64,000 nt of DNA from Azolla caroliniana (lineage: Eukaryota > Plantae > Polypodiophyta), in NCBI GenBank assembly GCA_043228905.1, contig JBHGNT010000015.1:16182001-16246000 (forward strand). Reading direction: 5' to 3'. The notes beneath the pieces are model-generated. The model was not told the DNA's origin. It saw only the letters and a list, made by a program, of their open reading frames with translations, and searched no databases. Below, piece after piece: positions 11,880 to 23,500 of this stretch. Positions within the stretch are counted from its first letter, which is position 1; every line of letters starts with the position of its first letter. A program made the translations under genes and the position numbers.

Positions 11880-14800
11880 TTGACCCGACACGATTCCGAT
11901 AGATTGTCAGAAGCCTAATTTATTTGACTACCACTTGGCCGGATCTTAGTTACCCGATCAGCCTGATCAGTCAATTTATGTCGTATCCCACAGACAAACA
12001 CCTTCAGTGCGCGCAAAGGATATTGCGCTATGTCCGCGACACTAAGGATAGGGCACTGCTATATCATACCGGTATTGCCGCACAACTCGTCGGCTACTTG
12101 GATTCTGATTGGGCCAGAAACGCCATTGATCGTAGATCCACATATGGGTTCACTTTCACGCTTGGGAACGCCACGATCGCCTGGAGCAGCAAGAAGCAGC
12201 CGACAGTTGCACTGTCAAGCACAAAGGATGAGTATCGAAGAGCGGCTATCGCGACATGCGAAGCCATTTGGCTCAAGAAGCTACTCAAGGATGTGAAGTT
12301 GGAGGTGTCCGCTCCGACGACGATCTAATGCGACAACCTCAACAACATCCAACTTGCAAAAAACCCCGTCTTCCACGCCCGGGCCAAACACATTGAGGTG
12401 CACTACCATTTTGTCTGCGAACGTGTCCTCTCTGGTGAAGTCGAACTAGCGTATGTTCCGATGGATCGACAGAATATCGACATCTTTACCAAGCCCCTTG
12501 GTCTCGACAAGTTACGACAATTCTTGGGTGCACTTGGCTTGCGGCACCTCGACGTGCCGAACTTGAGGGGGAGAAAAGACCAAGAAAGGAAGCAAGAAAG
12601 GAGTGGAAGTGACCGTGAAGCCGAGTCGGATGAAGAATTCGATTTCGGGTCGGCTGAAGAAGCCAAAGGAGGAAACAAGGGCAACAACCAAAGGGAAGAG
12701 CCGGAGTCGGCCAAACAAGGGGGAGTTGAAGCCAAGAAGGGTGTGAAGGCCAAGACCAAGACTTGGTCTGATGTGGTTAAGGGCCTAAAGACAGAAGACG
12801 AATAGGAGACAGCCAATTCGGGCAAGAGTTGTCTCCGATTCGGTTCAAATGTTCAATTCAGAGACGTTGAATCAACTAAAGGCCAAGCGGAGGAAAGGGC
12901 AGTGGAAGAGGCCCCAACACCGTGACAACAAGGGAGCTAAGAAAGGCCACACAAGCAGACAAGCCGACCGAAAGAGTGGAGGCGCGCGGAATCGAATGGG
13001 CCGAGGAGCGCGAGCGAGGCGTGAAGCCAGGAGAAGTCGAAGCAAAGATCTGAAAGAGCAGGCGGAACCTCAAGTTGAGCTTGAGGGGGAGTGTTGAGAT
13101 ACAAGCTCAACATTGGGTGCATAAACCAGTGCATAGAATGGGTGCGTAAACCGGGTGCGCAATGAGCGGTTGTAGCGGTACGTAAACCGAGAGGCCATTG
13201 GACAGATATTCCGCAGAGGAATATATTTTGGGAGTTAGTGTAGTGGCTCATTGATAGCATTGAAGTACGTGTCAGTACTTCTATCAGTTCGTATGGACTT
13301 GTATAAAAGTGCTCTCTGAGCACATCCTATGTACAGAGTTATAGAGTATTGTTTTGGAATAGAGTTTTTGTGTTCTGCTCTCTCTGTCTCTCCCGCGTAC
13401 ACTGTGTTGATTAAGCTTTCCATTAAACCTTCTTTGTTTTCTGTATGTTGTTACCCCGTTGTGTCTGTTAAGCTTCCGCACGTATTCTTTTACACACCGG
13501 ATGTAGGATGCCATTATCATCAGGTTGGGATAAGATGGCACCAATGGCAAAGTCAAAGGCATCTGTTTCAACTTGAAAAGGCTTAGTAGGGTCAACATGA
13601 AGGAGGACTGGAGCTCGGGTAAAAACTTCCTTGAGTAGGTCGAAGGCATGTTGAGTACATGGAGTCCATTGAAACAACATCTCTTTATGAGTAAACTCAA
13701 TAAAGGGTTGGACTATGACGGAGAACCCCTTGATAAATCGCTGATAGAAATTTGCGAAACCAAGGAACAACTGGACATCCTTTACTCGTTTGGGAGTGAT
13801 CGTCCATTCTTGAATTGTCTTGATTTTCCTTGGATCCATGGTGATGCCCTAGGGGGAGATAACATAACCAAGAAATTCTATGGAATTGCAATCAAACTCA
13901 CATTTTTCTCTCTTGGCATAGAGAATCAATCGAACGTGGTGAGTATGCTCTTCAATGCTCAACGAGAAGACAAGAATTTCATCAAGGTAGATAACAACAA
14001 AGTGATCGAGATATTCTCGAAATATGTCGTTCATCATATGTTGAAAAACAACTGGAGCATTGGTGAGTCCAAAAGGCATTACCTTGTACTCGAAGTGTCC
14101 GTATCGCGTACGAAATGTCGTCTTCCATTCATCACCAGGTTTAATCCAAACCAAGTTGTATGCTCCCCGCAAGTCAATCTTGGACAAGACCTGTGCACAA
14201 CGAAGGCGATCGAGGAGCTCTGGGATGAGAGGTAAAGGTTATTGATTACGTATCGTGATTTTATTAAGGCCACGGTAATCCACACATAGACGCAACGATC
14301 CATCCTTTTTCTTCACAAACAAGATGGGGAGCCCAACTGGTGACTTAGATGGTTGGATGAAGCCCTTGTCCCAATTTTCATCAATATATGTGTGAAGGGC
14401 CTCTAGTTCTGGTTCAGAGAAACCATAGATGGGCCCAAAGGGTGGAGATGTGCCCTCCTGTAGATTGATCGGACAACCATATGGTCGATGCTCCAGTAAG
14501 TGATCTGCATTCTTCTTCTCAAACACATCAGCAAAGTCACCATATTTGGATGGAAGCAAGTCTAGATTGGCTTTCATAGGAACCAAAACTGAGGTACTCG
14601 ACTCAGGGTCATTGCCCATTGAGATGGAGTGCCTTGTGATTGGGGCATGAGCATCCGAGTGCATTGTTCCAAGTTGAATGGAGGAATGCTCGACAGAAAA
14701 TGATTCGGGTCATTTCGACACAACGACATTGGAAGCCACTCCAACCTCCATGTGAGTTTGCCGTTGAAAAGTAAGTGGGTGGTTGTGCCAATCTATAACA

Positions 14801-16233
14801 GGGTTATTCGCTTTCAACCAACACAACCCAAGTATGATTGGATGCCGCAGTGAAGTGATGAGGTAAAATGATAAGGCCTCCTAATGGGTCCCGAGATGCA
14901 AAATGAGGGGGATCGTGACTTTGGTGACTATGCCAGAGGAGAGCATTCGCCCATCGATAGCTTCGACTGGGATATGCTTGAACAATCGGACAACAAGAAA
15001 GTTGTGTTTACAAACGAACGTTTTGTCCATAAAACACGTCATGACCCCGGAACCGAGTAGCGCTAAGGATTGAATTGAAATAGACTGGAAACAGAGAGGT
15101 AAAGTTACCTCAAAGGAAAAGTCATTAGTAAAACTTTGGGAGCAACATGTATGTCTATTGTCCAACCGCATGGCTCCTACTATAGTTGGACATCGTCGTT
15201 TTCCGAATGTTGGGACCCACTAGTTGGATTGTCCCGATAGACTTGTCGCAGATTGCTTTTGAGTGGGCAAAAACGAATTAGATGGGTAGAGGCGCTGCAG
15301 TATAGACATAGCCCATTGGTTCATCGATGGTGTTGTTCGGTTGTGGTGAGTGGGGCTTGAGCTCGATCAATTTCCATCGGCATAGGATCATTGAATGATG
15401 TTGTTGGAGAAGATCTCGCAGTCACTTGGGGTTGTACCATAGGTTTAACGTGGAGAAAGGGTGACAACTTGGAAGTCGCTTGTTCCTCTTGTTGAAGTTC
15501 AAAAAGGTGGTTGTCACAACTATATGCTTGCTTGATGGCTTGCAATAATGAAGTCGGCTTCGGGAAGTTTAGTAGTAGATTCTTAACATCACTTCGAAGG
15601 CCCCGGCGAAAATGGTCGCAAAGGGCTTGGTCATCCCACTGAACATCACATGTCAATTGTCTAAATTCGGATGCATAAACAGACACTAGACGCTTACCTT
15701 GATGTAATGAATAGAGTTTGGTAAGGCTTGTTCGACGACGATCCATATCCCCAAATATCACCTTGAACTCTTCTAGGAAAGCAGAAAAATTATTGAGAAT
15801 TGGCGATGATGTTTCGACCAAAGGTGCGAACCAACTTTCTGCAGCTCCTGAGAGGAGAGTCCCAACGAGGCCAACTCGGCAAAAATCATTCACATATCTT
15901 TGGGGTTGTAGCCGGATAATAAGCTTGATCTGATTTATGAACCCCCGAAATCGCACCCTTGTGCCATCAAACTTGTCGGGTAAACTAACATTGGGTTCTA
16001 TAGTTGAAGTGGGGTGAAGAGGAATTGGAGCGAGGATAGGAGATTCCTTGATGTAGCAGGGCACTTGGGTTCATCATTCTCCAATTCCATTGGAGTCCTA
16101 GCTTGGAGTTTCTGGAGAGATTCCCGAAGATTCTCATTTTCAAGTTCAAGTTGATGCATGGCTGCCAATAGTTGATTTATGTTCTCGGTAGAATCTGACA
16201 TGATGAGGCTTTGGAGATATAAGGTGAACAAAT

Positions 16234-16263
16234 TGTCACGGACAAGTAGACGAGGCTCAATAC

Positions 16264-16318
<55 letters not shown>

Positions 16319-16647
16319 ATAGACAAGATAATAAGAAAGAGAGAGAGAAAGTAGTCAAGAGAACAAGAACTGAATTATGATTCCGTAACTGGTGTTGTTC
16401 ACCTTGACTAAGGCCAAGGTGAACCCCTGTATTTATACATGTTTATGGGCTCTAAATGTAGCCCCATGCAAAGACTCATTTTCATGCACAAGCTTCTAGA
16501 ATGTTCTAGCTTTTGGAGCTTTCTGGAAGTTTCTAAAATCCTACATGTAGAATAGATAATCTACAATAATCTAGTAAGGTAACATGATTATGTATTGGTT
16601 AAAACATATCAATTAAATACAATAGGTCAAGAGTTCGAATCATGACA
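16234..16647 (-). repeat. 5' LTR of element A with expanded (GA)n tract
   Basis: tgtca...tgaca termini, TATA (minus strand) 16437-16430, PBS 16221-16231, and a (GA)n tract at ~16266-16316 that is much longer than in the 3' LTR. Confidence 0.9.
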
Positions 16648-17050
16648 TGATTGTTGTCATGTCCATGTCAGGTCTTAAGCAAGAGGCTTACAAAAAGTAA
16701 AGTATCACAAGCACATCAAAGGAATCATATACATAATCCCATCCCATTAGTGCCAAACCAATTCATGACATTCATTTGCCCACCATCATTGTTAGTGTTC
16801 AACTTCACATCATGATGATATACATAATCTAGTAAGGTAACATGATTATGTATTGGTTAAAACATATCAATTAAATACAGTAGGTCATGTCCATGTTAGG
16901 TCTTAAGCAAGAGGCTTACAAAAAGTAAAGTATCACAAGCACATCAAAAGAATCGTATACATAATCCCATCCCATTAGAGCCAAACCAATTCATGATGTT
17001 CATTTGCCCACCATCATTGTTAGTGTTCAACTTCACATCATGATGATATA
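16565..17050. repeat. Local tandem duplication (~230-260 bp) spanning the LTR A tip and flank
   Basis: ataatctagtaaggtaacatg...catcatgatgatata occurs at ~16566-16821 and ~16824-17050. Confidence 0.85.
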
Positions 17051-19845
17051 GAATTTCAAGAAGTTTATTTCTGGTCAAACAATGTCTGAGGCTTTATCAT
17101 GCGTAAACTCTTTGCATGTACATAAACGTAATCTCCATAGATATGCATCTTGTTTTCTAACCTCAACAATAGTGTGATGTTAGAATATGTATATATACAA
17201 GTTGTAACTTGATACAAAGGTTTTTCTAAATATTTTGTATAGTACTAGTCTACTAGAATATATTATATGCTCTCTTTTTTTCCAAAAAAATATGTTACCC
17301 ATTAGTTAGGAAGAAATATAGGAGGTATCATATGTAGGGCCATGCCTCATATAGAGTTCCGTGGCTTCGATTAACTCTAAAAACGTGAAGCCTAGAGGGA
17401 CGGTGGGGGAATGTCGCATACTTTTTTATGACAAAGATTGATGTGCGTATTATATAAGCAATAATTAAGATTAAAGTTTAGATGCCATGGATTTCCTTTT
17501 AGCTTAGATTATAGTTACATTATCCTTTCCAATGTAGCGATTTACAACAAATTTGTCTCTTAAAAGTCTATATTGTAAGTAGTGATTAGCGAAACCTAAT
17601 GGCAACTTCTCCATTCCAAATTATAATTGCACCAAGTTTAAGCAGTGCTACACCATAGGACTTATCCTAATCAAGTGTAACATATTTGAAGGAACATTTA
17701 ATGATGGCAACCAAGTTTAACATTGACAGAAACAATGATTATTTTCATTTGATATTTAAACCTATTCACTTAAACAAGGCTAGAGCTCTTCAAAATAATG
17801 TTATCTTGGTCACTATCAACAATTGAGATAAGTACATGAGAAGAAGAAAAAAATGGAAATTTGATTTTATCTTATAGATCTTTGTGTGTGAGAAACCTGT
17901 CAAATGGAGTGCTTTAAGAGCAATATGTTGTTCTCCAAACTAGCAAACCAAAGCCATAAGGAAAATGAATCATAACTTTTAAGAGTCGTTTAATAATCAT
18001 AATTATGATTCATGAACAATAAGTTCTTCTTCTTCATTCGTGTGGAGTGGTTCAGGAGGACTATTCACATAATAGAAGAGATGAGATTAGAGACAAAGGG
18101 TGTTTGTTTCATGCTTGTGTTACTGCAGCAAAAAAAGGAGGAGGTTGAGGTTGAGGTTTTTGTAGAAGAGTGGAGTGGAGTATGGTAGTGTGAAGAAAAT
18201 AGAACGATAGAAAGAGGGATGAAGTGGCCATTGTAGCTTGCGCATGTTATGACTTGAGAGTAGACGAGAGAAAGATAAAAAGATGATGATAGAAGGTATA
18301 GAGAGAGAGAGAGAAAGAAAGAATAGTAGAAATGGAAAATAGTTTATATTATAAGAGAACAAAGGTTACAAAGAGTAAGCTAAGGTGCTGAAGACTGGTG
18401 TTGAACCGAATGAGTTGTAATCATAGTTCTAGCCATACGTCCCATTTGTGCCATACTCAAACGTCAATATTCATATCATCCTCATTGATCAAAGGCAAAG
18501 CATTGTATCAAAGTGTGATACTCAGACTCGCGAACATGTTTAGGGCAAAGTGTGCATAGCCGACCACTCTCATCACTTGTGCCCCAACGCCCTGTTTCAC
18601 ATCGCAATGCATGTGAGCTAAATCGCATGGAAACAATGGTTTGAATGGCAGATAACGGTATGGGAGAGAGAGAGAGAGAGCGTGTGTGGTCTAGAGAGAG
18701 AAGCCATGTTTAGCATGTGTGAGGGGAGACAATGGTTGAGTATATGTCTAGAGAGAGAGAGGAGCTATGGGTTTTATTTGTGTGAGGGAGAGAGAAGCTC
18801 TGACAATCCTTGAAAGTTGAGTGTGTGTATCTAGATTCTGTAGAGAGAGAAGATCTGTCAGTTCTCGTGTGAGAGAGAGGATGTGTGTGTGTGTGTGTGT
18901 CAAACGTCACTTCTGTTTGCAACAAATTATGAATATAAAAAAAACAAAACCCCCAAAAAAACCAAAAAGGCAAAAAAATGTCCAAAACGAATATTGCGTA
19001 TCATACGTGAACGTATGCAAACATTCGCATACGTCCACCAAATTGGACGTACGCGAATATTAGGAACTATGGTTGTAATGAATGAACAGACACCTATTTA
19101 TAGGTCCTTATGGATTATTCTAGAATGTTCTAGAATATTTTAGATATTCACGATATTTAATATAATCATGGAATATTTTAGAATGTTCTAGAATACTCTA
19201 AATGTCTTGTAATAACTAATAATATAATTATCATAACTATACATCATATATGTTATTATAATGGTTAAAGATCTAACACATAAACCAAGACGTTCTGGGT
19301 TCAAATCCTTGTAAGCCAAAATGTATGTCTTTATGACATTATTCCCCCCTTTTCGGCGACGAGTTCCATGAGTCGGAAGACAAAATTTTGGACTTGACTT
19401 ATGAGGATATTTGTTGTGAAATGCACGGAGGCATTAGCAAGATTCTCAGGAGGCTCCAATGTTCAATCATTAGGTGTATAACCTAACTAGTCAACCAAAT
19501 AATACAGTTTGTTGTAGACGATCTTGGTATCGAGAATGAAAACAACTTCATATTTAGAGCTATTGGAAACTTCGACTAGAGGTGGGAGAGATGTAAGACG
19601 ACCCAGAATAGAGCTGGTTGAGTAGGGCTCCAAAAGTGTAATATGAAAGACCAGGTGAAGACGCATATGAGGAGGAAGATCAAGGTGAAATGCCACATCA
19701 TTGATCTTACCAGATATCACATATGGGCCAAAACATTGATAATCCAATTGGCAACAAGGTCTGGTGGTTTTAATGGTACCTTGTAAGAGCCATACTCGAT
19801 CGCCCACTTGAAATGTAGTCGATGAATCACGTCGATGATGGTCAG

Positions 19846-20560
19846 TGTGAAGTCAATTTTTGCCCATAAGAAAAGACCGTGACAAATACATTGGATGCGA
19901 AGGTATAGAAGAATAAAGCACAATATGAAAGGTCCAAGAGTTAAAAGGTAAATGAAATTGAAGAGAGAATAAAGTTAGAGGCGTTTTTCAAAAGTAGAAA
20001 AAGCAGAAAAAAAGAAAAAGAAAAAAATGCAAGAAATTAAGCAGAAAAAGCAAGGTAGAGAAAAAAGCTCATAACTTCTTCATCTCTTATCCAAATTTCA
20101 AAAGAAAAGATTCTAAGAAAGCTGACAAAGAGAGTTTTCTAATATGACAAAATTGGATCAAAAACCAGAAATAATTATATGAAAAACGCACCACACAAAC
20201 TAGAGGATATGTAAAAGAAAAGAAAAGAAAAAAGCAAGAATAACGCAACTAAAAACCTATAAGTATGAGGGGATTGATTCTTAGCAATTAGGGGGGGGGA
20301 GGAAGAATAGAATATCTACAAGGAAGGATAGAAGTTCTACAAGAAGAAGTGAAGAAGAAGAAGATTAGAAGAAGTGGGCAAACAATTAGTAGAAGAAAGA
20401 GAGAAGGCAAAAAGACTATTTTAGTAATAGTATATTGAAGTAGTTATTTGGGGTTGTTCCTCTTGGTGTCTAAGAGGATTGTATTCTTTTCTTAATAGTA
20501 TATTGAAGTATTCTTTTTTCTTCCTCTTCTCTTCTCTATCTTTTTTCTCTCTCCTCATCA
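19846..20560. mobile_element. Solo LTR inserted in the integrase of element E
   Basis: TG...CA termini (tgtgaag...cctcatca) and 5-bp TSD gtcag/gtcgg. Removal restores ...KFADHHRR... Confidence 0.75.
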
Positions 20561-23500
20561 GTCGGCAAACTTCGTTTGAGTGTTTTGAGCATCACATAAA
20601 TGGTGCGAAAGGATATCCTGAATTTCTTGGAGTCGGGTGAGCCGATCTTCAGCAGTCGGGTTTGTCGGGAGTTCTGGATGTTCAAGCATCATCCAACGAG
20701 GATGGTATCCAATGTTCGCAAAAAATGGGGAATATCAAGTAAAAGAATGTTCTAAGTTGTTGTAAGCAAATTCCGCCAAATGTAATATATCAACCCAATC
20801 ATCTTGTTGATAGTTGACAAAACAATGAAGATATTGTTCTACTGTTTGGTTGGTGCGCTCACTCTGCTCGTTTGTTTTTGGATAGTAGCCGGAACAATAT
20901 TTGTAAGAAATATGTAAGAGTTTGAACATATGCCACCAAATTTTTGAGATGAACTGGGGACCCCGATCACTGATAATATTATCGGGAAGACCATGATGCC
21001 AAAACACCTCTCACATGAGTAACTCGGTTGTCTCTTGGCTAGTAATGGCCTTTGTGCATGGAAGAAAAATGTGTTATCTTCGTACAACGATCTACTATCG
21101 TGAGAATAGAATCAAAACCCTTGAAAGGTGGTAGATCCGTAATGAAGTCCAATGAAATAGATTTCCATGGACTCTCAGGAATAGGCATTGGTTGTAATAA
21201 GCCATATGGATGATGTTGAGGTTTTTTGGATCGGCAACATGTATGAAAACTACGAACATAATCCGTAACAAAATGGTGAAGTCGTGGCCACCATTATCTT
21301 TGAGAAATTAACACGAAAGTCTTGTGGATGCCAAAATGTCCAGTCATTGGTGTGTCATGACATTGTTGCAAGACTTTGAGTCGAGAAAGACCGTCAGGCA
21401 CATACAAGAGACTTTGTCGAAAAAGTAAATCATCATGCCAACTGAATTGGTTCTAGTCTTGACCAGGATTTTGACATTGTGAACAAGAAGCACGAACTGG
21501 GATAATATGGTTTAAAGTGTCTTGGACAAATTCATCAGTCTCAATATGTGCCCGAATGGAATCAAGAAGACTCGAATCTTCGGGTGTGTCTATAGCATGT
21601 AATGCCATTATTCGTAGATGGTCAAGACCCAAGAGGATTTGCTTCTGACATTCAAATGCGGCCTCTCTTGGTTGAAGTTCCATATAGGAATGCCGAGATA
21701 AAGCATTTTGTGAATGTTAACGTGCGGAAGCATTAGACAGAACCGGCTCAACCGGATAGCAACAGAGAAAAAGATGAAGGTTTAATGGAGAAGCTTAATA
21801 CACAGAGAGTATAGATGGGAGAGACAGAGAGAGAGCAGAATGTAAACGTAGATTCAAAAAAATAAAAACACTATGTACATACAATGTGTTATAACAAAAT
21901 TATTTATACAAGTCCATAAAAGGACTGACAGAAGTACCGCGTACTTCAATATTCCTACGTGTGACTTGCACTAACTACAAGACAATGATTACCTAGTCTA
22001 GGCTACTACTAGGATTCTGGTTCACGCTCAAATCCGGCTCTCTAATCCGTCTCCCCGATCCGACCGGTTGTTTCCGGATACAGATCCGGATCTTGGTTCC
22101 GAATACCGATCCTTATCTGGTTGAGCTTGCTCGCTCAACACTCCCCCTCAAGCTCAACTTGAGGTCGGATCGTGGTGTTAGTGTCCGTGGCAGCCAGTTT
22201 TTCTACCCGGTTCCTTCTGGCATCACCTTCCGTTGCGTCCGTGTCCACTTGGCCTTTAGTTGATCCAGCTCCTCCGAATCCAACTGTTGAAGCGAATCGG
22301 TTGTCTCCGATTCGTTCTCGCTCTTGTCCGAGTCGGTGTTCTCCAACTCGTCTTCCAGTTTCAGGCCCTTCACCACATCAGACCATGTCCGGGTCTTGGC
22401 CTTCTCCTTCCGGTTGGCTCTGTCCTTCTTGACTCTGCCGCCATTGCCGCTCATTCCAACTTGTTCGGATGTGTTGACTTCCTTCGTCGACTCGGCTTCC
22501 TTTTTCCTTTTGTCTCCCCTTTTGTTGGTTCTTCCATTTCCGGTTCCTTGTTCGGTGCCGCCAACAGTTTCTTTGCCTTTGCCCGTTATGGCACCGGTTT
22601 CATTGCCTTTGCCTGTTCTCCCCCTCAAGTGCGGCATGTCCAGATGTTGACCACCAAGAATTTTGGTGAAGTGTTGCAACTTGTCCGATCCAAGCGGTTT
22701 AGTGAAGATGTTGGCAACTTGCCGATCCATCTGAACATACCGAAGGTCGACTTCACCGCTCATGCACAAAATGATAATGCACTTCTATGTGCTTCGTTCG
22801 AGCATGGAATATGGGGTTTTTGGTGAGCTATATGCTGCTTATGTTGTCGCAGTAGATTAGAATCGGGGTCAGGACCTCGATCCAGAGATCTCGCAACAGT
22901 CGCCAAAGCCAGATGGCTTCACAGGTGGCATTGGTAGTGCCCCGGTATTCATCCTCAGTGCTTGACAGAGCCACTATTGGTTGCTTTTGCTGCTCCACGC
23001 AACAGCTGCGCTACCAAGGGAAAACATGTACCCGGAGGTGGATCGACGATCCGATGCATCACCAGCCCAGTCGGCATCTGTGTATCCGACTAGCTCTTTA
23101 GTTATACCATGTCGGTATAACAGGCCCTGTCCTTTGTGCCGCTCACATACCACAATATTCGATGCGCGCACTGAAGGTGCTCCACGGTTGGCTTCTACAT
23201 GAATTAGTTGATCACGCCGATCGGATAACTGATGTCGGGTCGGGTGATTGTCAAGTATATCAGGCTTTTGACTATTTGGCAGAACCGTTTCTCACTGGTC
23301 CGGAGTTGGGGCGGAGCTTCTGGTTCCAGTCCAGGGGTGTGGAGACAGGTCGGCATTCCTTCATGCCAAACTTGTACAACATATTCAACACATAGTGTCC
23401 TTGTGAGAGCAATATGTCGTCAGGGGTTCGGATCACCTCCATCCCAAGGAAATAATGAAGGTCTCGCAGGTCCTTCATCTCAAATGTGTCCGATAGCCGG

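Larger units (their letters stand above)
5275..13494 (+). mobile_element. Ty1/Copia element G, internally deleted, inserted in RNase H of element A
   Basis: 5' LTR 5275-5625 (cut by B) and 3' LTR 13092-13494 (tgttgag...ttttaca). PPT ttgagggggag precedes 13092. RT (LYVDD) 10216-10545 continues at 11882, followed by RNase H (WSSKKQPTVALSS). TSD cacta/caccg restores host LHPVAYYSRKF. Confidence 0.9.
3028..16647 (-). mobile_element. Ty3/Gypsy chromovirus (Tcn1/Tf1-sushi type) element A, degenerate, interrupted by Copia G
   Basis: Paired LTRs at 3028-~3423 and 16234-16647. Gag 15321-16231 (LPDKFDGTR), protease 14881-15171, RT 13849-14664 ([13 protein letters not shown]), RNase H split at 5275/13494, integrase 3904-4666, chromodomain 3425-3613 (YLVLWKGY). 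No clean TSD seen. Confidence 0.92.

Noticed and set aside
13648-14235. 195-aa plus-strand ORF (also 22260-22826, 12403-12825, 30232-31089)
   Set aside because: These are antisense shadows of RT, integrase or low-complexity tails, with no independent motifs.
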